NCBI RefSeq assembly: GCF_018350175.1
Contig: NC_058383.1
Location: forward strand, 16,370,001 to 16,434,000
Direction of reading: 5' to 3'
Origin: Felis catus
Taxonomy: Eukaryota
Length of the DNA stretch: 64,000 nucleotides
Shown here piece after piece: positions 24,230 through 37,418 of this stretch (its first letter is position 1; each line of letters begins with the position of its first letter). Under the pieces are notes generated by a model. That model had not been told where the DNA came from. It saw only the letters and a list, made by a program, of their open reading frames with translations, and did not search any database. The translations under genes and the position numbers were made by a program.

Positions 24230-27200
24230 ACCTTCTTTATCCATTCCTCCATCGATGCATTTGAGCTCTTTCCATATTTTGGCTATTGTTGATAGTGCTG
24301 CTATAAACATGGGGGTGCATGTGTCTCTTTGAAACAGCACATCTGTATCCCTTGGATAAATGCTTAGTAGTGCAATTGCTGGGTTGTAGGGTAGTTCTAT
24401 TTTTAGTTTTTTGAGGAACCTCCATACTGTTTTCCAGAATGGCTGCACCAGCTTGCATTCCCACTAACAATGCAAAAGAGATCCTCTTTCTCTGCATCCT
24501 CGCCAACATCTGTTGTTGCCTGAGTTGTTAATGTTAGCCATTCTGACAGGTGTGGGGTGGTATCTTATTTTTCATGTGTTTGTTGGGCATCTGGATGTCT
24601 TCTTTGGAGAAGTGTCTATTCGTGTCTTTTGCCCATTACTTCACTGGATCATTTGCTTTTTGGGTGTTGAGTTTGGTAAGTTCTTTATAGATTTTGGATA
24701 CTAACTTTCCTTCGCTGTGCAGAATCTTTTTATTTTGATGAGGTCCCAGTAGTTTATTTTTGCTTTTGTTTCCCTTGCCTCTGGAGATGTCTTGAGTAAG
24801 AAGTTGCTGTGGCCAAGATCAAAGAGTTTTTACCTGCTTTCTCCTCGAGGATTTTGATGGCTTCGTATCTTACATTGAGGACTTTCATCCATTTTGAGTT
24901 TACTTTTGTGTATGGTGTAAGAAAGTGGTCCAGGTTCATTTTTATGCATGTCGCTGTCCAGTTTTCCCAGCACCACTTGCTGAAGAGACTGTCTTTATTC
25001 CAATGGACATTCTTTCCTGCTTTGTCAAAGAGTAGTTGGCCATACATTTGTGGGTCCATTTCTGGGTTCTCTATTCTGTTCTGTTGATCTGAGTGTTCTT
25101 GTGCCAGTACCATACTGTCTTGATGATTACAGCTTTGTAATATAGCTTGAAGTCCAGGATTGTGGTGCCTCCTGTTTTGGTTTTCTTTTTCAAGATTGCT
25201 TTGGCTATCCAGGGTCTTTTCTGGTTCCATACAAGTTTTAGGATTGTTTGTTCTAGCTCTGTGAAGAATGCTGGTGTTGTTTTGATAGGGATTACATTGA
25301 ATATGTAGATTGCATTGAATATGTAGTATTGACATTTTAACAATATTTGTTCTTCCTATCCAAGAGCATGGAATCTTTTTCCTTTTTTGTGTGTCTTCTT
25401 CAATTTCTTTCATAAGGTTTCTATAGTTTTCAGTGTATAGATTTTTCACCTCTTTGATTAGATTTCTCCTAACCAAAGGTATTTTATGGTTTTTGGTTCA
25501 ATTGTAAATGGGATTGATTCCTTGACTTCTCTTTCTGTTGCTTTATTGTTGATGTATAGGAATGCAACCGATTTCTGTGCATTGATTTTATATTCTGCAA
25601 CTTTGCTAAATTCATGAATCAGTTCTAGCAGTTTTTTGGTGGAATCATCTGGGTTTTCCATATAGAATATCATGTCATCTGCAAAGAGTGAAAGTTTGAA
25701 CTCCTTCTGGACAATTTGGATGCCTTTTTTTTTAATTTTTTTTAACATTTATTTATTTTTGAGACAGAGAGAGACAGAGCACGAACAGGGGAGGGGCAGA
25801 GAGAGAGGGAGACACAGAATCGGAAGCAGGCTCCAAGCTCTGAGCCATCAGCCCAGAGCCTGACGCGGGGCTCGAACTCACGGACCGCGAGATCGTGACC
25901 TGAGCCGAAGTCGGACGCTCAACCGACTGAGCCACCCAGGCGCCCCTGGATGCCTTTTATTTCTTTGTGTTGTCTGATTGCAGAGGCTAAGACTTCCAAT
26001 ACTGTGTTGAATAACAGTGGCAAGAGTGGACATCCCCTCTTGATCCTGACCTTAGGGGGAAAGCTGTCAGTTTTCTTCCATTGAGGATGGTTTTAGCATT
26101 GGTTTGTTCATGTATGGCTTTTATGATCTTGAGGTATGATACTTGTATTCCTACTTTCTTGAAGGTTTTTATCAAGAAAGGATGCTGTATTTTGTCAAGT
26201 GCTTTCTCTGCATCTATTGAGAGGATCATATGGTTCTTGTCCTTTCTTTTATTGATGTGATGAATCATGTCAATTGTTTTGTGGATATTGAACCAGCCCT
26301 GCATCCCAGGTATAAATCCCACTTAGTCATGGTGAATAATTTTTTTTAATGTATTGTTGGATCCAGTTGGCTCATATCTTGTAGGGGATTTTTGCATCTG
26401 TGTTCATCAGGAAAATTGGTCTATAGTTCTTTTAGTGGAGTCTCTGTCTGGGTTTGGAATCAAGGTAGTGCTGGCTTTATAGAATGAGTTTGGAAGTTTT
26501 CCTTCCATTTCTTTCTTTTGGAACAGCTTCAAGAGAATAGGTGTTAACTCTTCTTTAATGTTTGGTATGGGGCGCCTGGGTGGCTCAGTCGGTTAAGCGT
26601 CCGACTTCAGCTCAGGTCATGATCTCACTGTATGTGAGTTCGAACCCCGTGTTGGGCTCTGTGTTGACAGCTCAGAGCCTGAATCTGACTTCAGATTCTG
26701 TGTCTCTCTTTGCCCCTCCCCTGGTCATGCTCTGTCTCTCTCTGTCTCAAAAATAAATAAAAACATTAAAAAAATGTTTGGTAGAATTCGCCTGCAAAGC
26801 CATCTGGCCCAGGATTCTTGTTTTTTGGGAGACTTTTGATTACTAATTTGACTTCCTTACTGGTTATGGGTCTGTTCAAATTTTCTACTTCTTCTTGTGT
26901 CAGTTTTGGTAGTTTGTGTCAGTTTGGTAGTGTATATGTAGTGTATATGTATTTGTCCATATCTTCCATATTGCCCATTTTATTGGCATATAATTGCTCA
27001 TAATATTCTCTTATTATGTTTATTTCTGGTGTGTTGGTTGTAATCTGTCCTCTTTCATTCTTGATTTTATTTATTTGGGTCCTTTCCTTTTTGTTTTTGA
27101 TCAAACTGGCTAGCGGTTGATCAATTTTGTTAATTCATTCAAAGAACTGGCTTCTGGTTTCATTGATCTGTTCTGTTTTTTGGCTTCAATAGCATTAATT

Positions 27201-29308
27201 TCTGCTCTAATCTTTATTATTTCCTGTCTTCTGCTAGTTTTGGGTTTCATTTGCAGTTCTTTTTCCAGCTCTTTGAGGCATAAGGTTAGGTTGTGTATCT
27301 GAGATCATTCTTCCTTCTTTAGGAAGGCCTGGATTGCTATATACTTTCCTCTTAATACCGCCTTTGCTGCTTCCCAGAGGTTTGGGGTTGTGGTGTTATC
27401 ATTTTCATTGGCTTCCCATACTTTTTAATTTCCTCTTTAACTTCTTGGTTAGCCCAGTCATTCTTTAGTTGGATGTTCTTCAGTCTCCAAGTATTTGTTA
27501 CCTTTCCAAATTTTTTTCTTGTGGTTGATTTTGAGTTTCATAGCATTGTGGTCTGAAAATATGCACAGTATGATCTCAGTCTTTTTGTACTTGCTGAAGG
27601 CTGATTTTTGTCCCAGTATGTGGTCTACTCTAGAGAACGTTCCATGTGCACTGGAGAAGAATGTATATTCTGCTGCTTTAGGATGAAATGTTCTGAATAT
27701 ATCTGTTAAGTCCATCTGGTCCAGTGTGGCATTCAAAGCCATCTTTCCTTGTTGATTTTATGCTTAGAAGATCTGTCTGTTGCTGTTAGTTGGGTGTTTA
27801 AGTCCCCTACTATTATGGTATTACTATCAATGAGTTTATTTATGTTTGTGATTAATTGATTTATATATTTGGTTGCTCCCACATTTGACGTATGAATGGT
27901 TTCAATTGATAGGTCTTCTTAGTGGATAGACCCCTTAATTATGATATAATGCCCTTCTGCATCTCTTGATACAGTCTTTATTTTAAAGTCTAGATTGTCT
28001 GACATAAGCATGGCTACTCTGGCTTTCTTTTGTTGACCATTATCATGATAGATAGTTCTCCATCCCCTTACTTTCAATCTGAAGGTGTCTGTAGGTCTAA
28101 AGTGGGTCTCTTGTAAACAGTGTATCGATGGATCTTGTTTTCTTATCCATTCTGTTACCCTATGTCTTTTGACTGGAGCGTTGAGTCCATTGACGTTTAG
28201 AGTGAGTACTGAAACATATGAATTTATTGCTATTATGTTGCTTGTAGAGTTGGAGTTTCTGGTAGTGTTCTCTGGTCATTTCTAATCTTTGTTGCTTTTG
28301 GTATGTATGTATGTATGTATGTATGTATGTATATTCATCTTTTCTCCCCTCCGAAAGTCCCCCTTAAAATTTCTTGCAGGGTTGGTTAAGTGGTCACAAA
28401 GTCCTTTAATTTTTGTTTGTCTGGGAAATTTTTATCTCTCCTTCTATTTTGAATGACAGTCTTGCTGGATAAAGAATTCTTGGCTGCACATTTTTCTGAT
28501 TCAGCACACTGAATATATCCTGCCACTCCTTTCTGGCCTGCCAAGTTTTTGTGGATAGGTCTGCTGCAAACCTGATCTGTCTTCCCTTGTATGTTAGGGA
28601 CTTTTTTCCCTTGCTGCTTTCATGATTCTCTTCTTGCCTGAGTATTTTGTGAATTTGACTATGATATGCCTTGTCGATGGTCAGTTTTTGTTGAATCTAA
28701 TGGGAGTCCTCTGTGCTTCCTGGATTTTGATGTCTGTGTCTTTCCCCAGGTTAGGAAAGTTTTCTGCTATGATTTGCTCACATAACCCTTCTACCCCTAT
28801 TTCTCTCTCTTCCTCTTCTGGGACCCCTATGATTCTGATGTTGTTCCTTTTTAATGAGTCACTGATTTCTCTAATTCTTAAATCATGCTCTTTTGCTTTA
28901 ATCTCCCTCTTTTTTTCTGCTTCATTATTCTCGACAAGTTTGTCCTCTATATCACTGATTCTCTGTTTTGCCTCATCTATCTTGCTGCTGCTGCATCCAT
29001 CTGTGATTGCAGCTCAGGATAGAATTTTTAATTTCATTCTGGCTATTTTTTACTTCTTTTTCACTGCAGAAAGGGATTCTGATTTATTTTTGACTCCAGC
29101 TAATATTCTTATTATTGTGATTCTAAATTCTGGTTCAGACATCTTGCTTGTATCTGTGTTGGTTAAGTCCCTGGCTGTTGTTTCCTCATGCTTTTTCCTT
29201 TGGGGTGAATTCCTTCGTTTTTGTCATTTTGAAGGGAGAAAAGGAATTAATGAGGTAGAAAAGTTGAAATTAAAAAAATTAAAATAAAAAATATTATAAT
29301 TAAAAAGT

Positions 29309-29346
<38 letters not shown>

Positions 29347-29454
29347 ACACACACCAAATAGATGTTGCTAGATCCTAAGTGTGTTTTGGTCTGGATGTTG
29401 AAAGTGGTTTGACAGATTAGAGAAACAAAGCGGGGGGGGGGGGGGGGGAAGAAA

Positions 29455-30140
29455 TCATTTGAGAATTTGAAAAAATGAATACACTGAAGTAGACTAAAAT
29501 GAGATGATTAGGGTAAAATAGTACTTGAAAAAAATGTACACAAAAGTAAAGATTATATTAGAAAATATTAAACAAAAATATTTTTAATAAAAGTTAAAAA
29601 TAAATATGAATTTTTTCTTTTTATGTATTCGAGAAAAAATAAAAGAAATGAAAAAGAGAAAAAAGATTTAAAAATAAAGAAAAAAAGGAAATCGTTTGAA
29701 AATTTGAAGAAGTGAATACATTGTAGTAGACTAAAATAAAATGATGGAAGTAAAATAGAATTTGAAAAATTTACATGAAAGCAAAACTATAGTAAAAAAA
29801 ATAAATAAAAATATTTTTAATAGAAACTGAAAGTAAAAATGAAGTTTTTCTCTTCTGCATTCAAGAAAAAGAAAAGAAATGAGAAAGAGGAAAAAAGAAA
29901 GAAAGAAAAAGGAAATTGCTTGAAAATTTGAAAAGGTGAATACACTGAAGTAGACCAAAATAAAATGATGGAAGTAAAATAGAATTTGAAAATATTTACA
30001 CAAAAGTAAAACACATAGTAAAAAAATTAAAGAAAAATATTTTTAATAAAAATTGAAAATAAAAATGAATTTTTTCTCTTTCTGTATTCAAGAAAAAGAT
30101 AATTGTAAAAGAGAAAAGGAAAAAATAAAGAAAATTGGAT
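29455..30140. repeat. Three ~230-bp A-rich tandem units in the L1 5'UTR, preceded by (CA)n at 29310-29354 and a G-run at ~29432-29448
   Basis: tgaatacactgaagtagactaaaat...gtaaaatag..ttgaaaa recurs near 29475, 29713 and 29937. Confidence 0.85.
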
Positions 30141-31412
30141 AGATGAACCTGCTATCAGATTGAAGTTGGACTGAAATTACTTTGTTTTCCCCTAGAAGTC
30201 AGAATATGAAGTGCTTTATAGTCCATAAACTAAGCCGACAGTGAGACTTGTGTTCTTGAAGAGCGAAGTTGGCCCAGTTGGGTGGGACTCAGTGTAACAG
30301 CTCCACTCTCCACTAGATGGCGCTGCTAGCCTCCTGGGGTGGATTGTTGTTGGGCTCGTAGGTGCCTATGCGCATACGTGGGAGTGGTGAAAATGGTGCC
30401 ACCCAGCGACCCAGTGTGTTCTCACTGATCAGCAATTGCCCACCCATCCTCTGTCTTCAGCTTTCATCTACTCCTTGCCTTTTCACTTGCCGTGACCAAG
30501 CCCCAGGCAGTACCTCTCTCCAGAGTTGTCTCAGATGTGGCTGTTTTACCCGGCCCCTTACTTCTGAAGGACTGTGGTTTTGACCTGTTCTGCCCCTCTG
30601 TGGAAGGGTCTCACCGAGCAATGGCCAAATGAGCAATGGCCAAATGTCGGCTGCACCCAGGAATGCTTGCTGGACCCTGCTGCTGGTGACCAGAGACTGC
30701 AGCCAAGTACCAGCCCACCCCAGAAAAAATTCATGAGACAGTGTAGCAGCAGCATTTCAGGGATTGTGGAAAATCACCACACATCTGGCACCAGGCTTCA
30801 CCCTTAAAGACCTTGTTCCAGCATCAGTGAATGTGGCCATTCTCTGGGGTCTGCTGGGACCAGGTGGCCTCAACAGTCTCTACCAAATGTCTTTCCAGCA
30901 GTGGAACCGCTTTTCCCCGTGTGACCTGAGAACCTCCTGGACCTCACTCTGCTCCTGGGGATTCACCCTTCCCACCAGAGCACTGCCAGGTATCAAGCTG
31001 CGGAGTTGCAGACTTTGTGCTCCCCTTTTTTACAGTCTTAATGGAATTTAAACCCTCTCCTTTCTCCTTTCTCCCTTTTTAGTTTAGTCCCTGCAGCTGT
31101 TTCCAATTTTTCACTTTCTCTCCAGCTGCTTTTGGGGAGGAGTGTTTTTCCCGTATTCTCCCCTCCTCCCCAGTCTCTGTCTTCTTTCCGCCCACAAAAG
31201 CGGTTCCCTTCCCACAGCAGCTTTTCGCTCCCCAAGTTCACCTCTCCATGCCGTGTACCTGCTGAATTCTGTGGTTCAGGTTGTGCAGATTGTTGTGTTA
31301 ATCCTCCAATCAGTTTTCTAGGTGTGTAGGATGGTTTAGTGTTGGTCTGGCTGTATTTCAGTACATGAGACACACAAAAAACTTCCATGCTGTTCCACCA
31401 TCTTGGCTCCTC

Positions 31413-34400
31413 TCAATATTTATTCTTCTTATCTTTGAACATGGAATGTCTTTCCATTTCTTGGTGTCATCTTCAATTTCTTTCATCAGTGCTTTATGGC
31501 TTTCAGAGTATAGGTCTTTCACCTCTTTGGTTAGGTTTATTTCTAGATATCTTATTGTTTGGGGTGCAATTGTACATGGTAAATCGATTCCTTGCTTTCT
31601 CTTTCTGCTGCTTCATTATTGGTGTCTAGAAATGCAACAGATTTCTGTACATGATTTTGTATCCTGAAACTTTACTGAATTTGTGTATGAGTTCTAGCAA
31701 TTTTTTGGTGGGGTCTTTTGGGTTTTCTATGTAGAATATCAAGTCATTTGCAAGTAGTGAAAGTTCCAACTTCTTTCTTGCCAATTTGCATGCCTTTTAT
31801 TTCTTTTTGTTGTTTGAGTGCCGTGGCAAGGACTTCCAGTACTATGCTAAATAACAGTGGTGAGAGTGGATATCCCCATCTTGTTCTTGACTGTAGGGCA
31901 AAATCTCTCATTTTTTCCCCATTGAGGAGGATACTAGCTGTGGATTTTTTTGTATACAGCCTTTACTGTGTTTAGGAATGTCTCCTCTACCTCTACTTTG
32001 TTGAGGGTTTTATCATCACTTGATGTTGTACTTTGTCAAATGCTTTTTTTTGCATCTATTGAAAGGATTATATGGCTCTTATCCTTTCTTTTATTCATGT
32101 GGTGTATCACATTGATTGATTGATTTGCAAATATTGAACCACCCTTCCAGCCCAAGAATAAATCCCACTTGACCATGGTGAATGACTTTTATTTTTATTA
32201 TCATTAAAAAAAATTAATGTTTATTATTTTTGAGAGAGAGAGACAGAGACAGAGAGCAAGCAGGGGAGGGGCAGATAGGGAGACACAGAATCTGAAGCAG
32301 GCTCCAGGTTCTGAGCCATCAGCTCAGATCCCAACGTGGGGCTTGAACTCATGAATGGTGAGATCACGACCTGAGCCGAAGTAGGACACTTAACCAACTG
32401 AACCACCCAGGGACCTCTCGTAAATGTTTTTTTAAAAATCTATTGGTGGATTTGGTTTGTTAGCATTGTATTGAGAATATTTGTTTCCATGTTTATCAGG
32501 AATATTGGCCTGTAGTTTCCTTTTTTAGTGGATTCTTTATCTGGTTTTGGTATCAGGCTAATGCTAGTCTCAGAGAATGAATTTGGAAGTTTTCTTTCTT
32601 TTTCTGTTTTTTTTGGAATAATTTGAGAATAGGTATTAAATCTTCTTAATTATTTCGTAGAATTCATCTTGAAGCCCTCTGGCCCTGGCCTTTTGTGTTT
32701 GGAGAGCTCTTTGATTACTGATTCAATTAGTTTGCTGGTTATTTTTCTATTCAAATTTTCTATTTCTTCCTGTTTCAGTTTTGGTAGTTTACATGTTTCT
32801 AGGAATGTATTTATTTCTTCCTGGTTGTCCGATTTGTTGACATACAGTTTTTCATAATCTCTGATAATTATTCGTATTTCTGTGGTGTTTGTTGGTACTT
32901 ATCTTCTGTTCATTTGTGATTTTTTTTGTCTGGGTCTTTCTCTTCTCTTTGATAAGTCTGAGTAGATGTTTATCAACTGAATTATTTTTTTCAAAGAACC
33001 AACTTCTGGTTTCATTGATCTGTTCTATCATGGCTTTAGTTTTTATATCATTTATTTCTGCTCCAATCTTTATTACTTCCTTCCTCCTTCTGGCTTTAGG
33101 TTTTATTTATTGTTCGTTTTCAAGCTCCTTTAGGTACATGGTTAGGTTGTGTATTTGAGATTTTTCTTGCTTCTTGAGGTAGACCTGTATTGCTATCTAC
33201 TCCCCTCATAGGACTGCTTTTGCTACATTCCAACATTTTGCATCATCGTGTTTTCATTTTCATTTGTTTCCATGTATTTTTAAAATTTCTTCTTAGATTT
33301 CTTCATGGAATCATTCTTTGTTTAGTAGCATGTTGTTTCACCTCTATGTTTGTGGTCTTTCCATTCTTTTTCTTGTGGTTGACTTCTAGTTTCACAGTGT
33401 TGTGGTCAGAAAATATGCATGGTATGATATCAATATTTTTGTATTTGTTGAGACATGTTTAATGACCTAATATGTGATCTATTCTGGAGAATGCCCAATG
33501 TTCACTTGAAAAGAATGTGTATTCTGCTGTTTTAGGTTGAAATGTTCTGAATATATCTGTTAATATTTATGTACTTCCGTGTTGGGTTCATAAATATCTA
33601 CAATTGTTAGATCTTTTGTTGGATTGTCCCCTTTATTATGCTATAGTGCCAACTTTTTGTCTCTTGATACAGACTTTGTTTAAAATCCAGCTTGTCCACT
33701 ATAAGTATCACTACTCTGGCTCCCTTTTGACATCTATTTGTGTGATAAATATTTCTCCATCTCATCACATTCAATCTCCAGGTGTATTTCAGTCTAAAAT
33801 GATTCTATTTTAGGCAGCATGTAGGTGAGTCTTGTTGTTTTTGTTTTTATCCATTCTGACATTTATCTTTTTTAAAAAAATATTTTATTTATTTTTAAGA
33901 CAGAGAGAGACAGAGCATGAGTGGTGATGGGGCAGAGAGAGAGGGAGACATAGAACCTGAAGCAGGCTCCAGGCTCCGAGCTGTCAGCACAGAGCCCGAC
34001 GTGGGGCTTGAACTCACAAACTGTGAGATCATGACCTGAGCCGAAGTCAGACGCTCAACCGACAGAGCCACCCAGGCACCCCTGACATTTATCTTTTGAT
34101 TGGAGTGTTTAGTCCATTTACAGTCAAGTTAATTATTGATAGATAGATATTTAGTGCCATTTTATTGCTTGCCTTGTCATTGTTACTGGAGATTTTCTCT
34201 TACCCTCTCTTGTATTTGTCTCTTTTCATCTCCCTTTTCCACTCAGAGTCTCCTTTAATATTTCTTGCAGGGCTGTCTTATCTTTTGGTATCAAGTTTTT
34301 ATTTAAATTCCAGTTAGTTAACATATAGTGTAATATTGGTTTTAGGAGTAGAATTTAGTGATTCATCATTTACATATAATACCCAGTGCTCATCACAAGT

Positions 34401-34826
34401 GTCCTTTTTAATACCCATTACCTATTTGACAAATCCCGCACTACCTCCCCTCTATCAACCCTCGGTTTGTTCTCTATAGTTGAGTCTCTTGTGGTTTGCA
34501 TCCCTCTTTTTTTCCCCTTCCCCTATGTTCATCCGTTTTTTTTCCCCACGAAGTTTATTTTTATTGGGGCGCCTGGGTGCCTTAGTCAGTTAAGTGCAAC
34601 TTTGGCTTAGGTCATGATCTCACAGTTAGTGGGTTCAAGCCCCACAATGGGTTCTGTGCTGATAGCATGGAACCTGGAGCCTGCTTCATGTTCTGTGTCT
34701 CCCTCACTCTCTGCCCCTCCCCCACTCACACTCTTTCTCTCTCTCTCAAAAAAAAAACATTAAAATATTTTAAAGTTTATTTTTATTTATTTTGAGAGAG
34801 AGATAGAGAGTGAGTGAGGGAAGGGC

Positions 34827-34857
<31 letters not shown>

Positions 34858-35115
34858 GTACAGAGCCTGACTGGGGGTTCAAACTCACAAACTGTGAGCT
34901 CATGACCTGAGCTGAAATCAAGAGTCAGACACTTAACTGACTGAGCTACCCCAGCCTCCCATTTGTTTTGTTTCTTAAAAACCACAAATGAGTGAATTCA
35001 TATGGCATTTGTCTTTCTCAGACTGACTTATTTCACTTAGCATAATGCACTCTAGCTCCATCCATGTCATTGAAAACGGCAAGGTTTCATTCTTTTTGAT
35101 GGCTGAGTAATATTC

Positions 35116-35155
<40 letters not shown>

Positions 35156-37180
35156 ATATCACATCTTCTTCATCCATCTATCAGTTGATGGCCATTTGGT
35201 TCTTGCAGGGCTGTTTTAGTGGTCACAAACGCCTTTAATTTTTGTCTGCATGGGAAACCCTTTATGTCTCCCTCTATTCTGAATGATACCCTTGTTGGAT
35301 AGAGTATTCTTGGCTATAAATTTTTCCCATTCAGCACTTTGAACATATCATGTCATTCCCTTTTGACTTGCCAAGTTTCTGTTGAGAAGTCTCCAGCTAG
35401 CCTTATCAGTTTTTCTTTGTAAGTTAAGGACTTCTTTTGCTACTTTAAAGATGTTTTCTTAAGATCATTATGTTTTGCAAATTTAATTACTATTTGTCTT
35501 GTTGTTGGCCTGCTTTTGTTGATTTTGATGGGGGTTCTCTGTGTCTTTTGGATCTGGATATCTATTTCCTTCTTCAGATTAGGGAAGTTTTCAGCTATTA
35601 TTTCTTCAAATAAATTTTCTGCCCCCTTTCTCTCTCTTCTTCTGGCATTCCTATAACATGAATGTTATTACATTCGATGGAGTCACTGAGTTCCCTAAAT
35701 CTATTCTTGTGTTGCATAAATCTTTCTCTCTTGTGTTCAACTTCATTAATTTCCATTCTTGTGTCTTCTATGTCACTAATTTGTTCCCCTGCTTCTTTTA
35801 GCTTGTTGTTCATTGCATCAAGCCTGCACTCTTCATCTCGGATTCATTCTTTTTTAATCCTTTTATCTCTGTGATAAGACCTCCCTGATGTTTTCTATTC
35901 TTTTCTCAATCCCAGTGAGTATCCTTATGATTGTTTAATTCTCCATCAGGCATGTTACTTATATCTGTTTCACTTAGATCTCTGACCATGGTCTTATCCT
36001 TTTATAAATTCCTCCATGTTGGTATTTTGTACAAGTCTCTGCCTTCTTCTCTGTGGTAGGAAAGCCAGCTATGTTTCCTGCTTCTGAAAGTAATGGCCTT
36101 ATGAAGAGGAGGTTTTGTAGTACCCTGGGCCTGGCATTTCAGGGAGTGTCTCTTGTGTGTTTTGGGTGTGCTCTGCTCTTGTGCTTTGGATACTCAATCC
36201 TTTAGGCCGGTCATCTGCAGAAGTTCTCTTTCCCTGCAGAGGGCTGTGTTTGGTCCCTGGCCATATGTGGTGAGTTTTAACTAAGTGTTAAACTAAGAGT
36301 TAAAGTAAATGGTGTTCTTTAAATGAGACCTGATACCACTTCCACTAGAACTGAGGCCAAGCAGAGCACTATGGCCAAGAGACATGGTGTGGGCAGAGGT
36401 TTGTGCTGGTATTCTGGCGGAGAGGCCCAGTGTGCTGGGACTGAGGCATGATTGACTGAGAAAGGCAGCCACACCAGAGTGGAGGGTGGGGGTGGAGTTT
36501 GCGGTAGGCAAATTTGGCAGTCAGTGTCCATGCTGTGCTGCTTTCAACAGGTGGCTCTGTGTTTATGCTGAGGGGTTGGGGAGGGAAATGGAGCCAGCCA
36601 GCTTTTTTTTTTTTTTTCCTCGAGAGGTGTCTCCATGGACCCTACCTCTTAGATACATGCTCCAAGAAGAGCGAATAGTCTCCCCATTCTGTGCCCAAGT
36701 GTTTTTCTGATTGCTGTTTCCACACTGTTTGCTCCTGAGTTATTTGCCTGCATTCTCTCCAGAGCAGGTCTATCTTCAGGCTGTATTCCAGCTAAGCCCT
36801 CTCACCTTTAAAACTCCAGGCTTTAAGCTCCACTGGTTATAAGAACTCATGAAATTCAGCTCCTCTTGGTTTCTAAGTCAATGGCTTTGGGGAAATGCTC
36901 TCCTTGTGCCTTCCCCTGTGTGTTCCCCCCTGCCCCTCTCTCTCACTTTACTCTGTGACCATGTCTCCCTCCCTTCTGCAGCCCCAAGATCCATTTCTCC
37001 CTTGAACCAGGTCTCCACAATTCCTATATTCTTTGATGTGGCTTCTTCTCTCCCTTTAATTGTGGAGTTTGTCTGTCTTCAGGTTGATTTCTGCGATATT
37101 GAGAACGATTTGATAGTTACCTATTTGTGTCCATGGATGGAGGCAAACCTAGGGTCTCTTTAATCCACCACCATCTTCCC
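31413..37180 (-). mobile_element. Older carnivore L1 (5'UTR, ORF1, 5' part of ORF2) with nested SINEs (~32190-32418, 33872-34082) and a nested L1
   Basis: Collinear ORF2/ORF1 remnants, 5' end ccaccatcttccc at ~37168-37180. SINE TSD tgacatttatctttt at 33857-33871 and 34083-34097. Confidence 0.85.
34277..35199 (-). mobile_element. Nested 5'-truncated L1 carrying two tail-to-tail SINEs (~34566-34765 +, ~34770-34958 -)
   Basis: TSD ttcttgcagggctgt at 34262-34276 and 35200-35214; ORF2 end EYYSAIKKNETLPFSMTWMELE. Confidence 0.9.
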
Positions 37181-37190
37181 CAAGTCTCTC

Positions 37191-37418
37191 TCATATGGTT
37201 TTATTTTTAACTTTTGTGAAGAAACTCTATACTCTTTTTTTACATTGGTACACCAAATTACATTTCCACCAACAGTGCACAAGGGTTCTCTTTTCTCTAC
37301 ATCCTTGCCAGCACTTGTTATTTCTTGTTTGTTGTTTTTGTTGTTGTTGTTGTTGTTGTTGTTTTTGGTAATAGCCATTTTAACAGGTATGAGCTGATAG
37401 CTAATAGTAGTTTTGACC
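37191..37418 (-). mobile_element. Old L1 ORF2 3' fragment with (TTG)n expansion
   Basis: catttccaccaacagtgcacaaggg...tagccatttt. Confidence 0.8.

Larger units (their letters stand above)
23760..31412 (-). mobile_element. Full-length older felid L1 (~7.6 kb, long 5'UTR), disrupted; contains SINEs at 25729-25946 (-) and 26569-26772 (+)
   Basis: 3'UTR, ORF2 (LSLFADDM), ORF1 (start ~29228) and a 5'UTR whose start reads ccatcttggctcctc on + (AAGATGG YY1 site). SINE TSDs tggatgcctttt and aatgtttggta. Confidence 0.93.

Noticed and set aside
28622..29287. 221-aa plus-strand ORF
   Set aside because: Antisense shadow of L1 ORF1.
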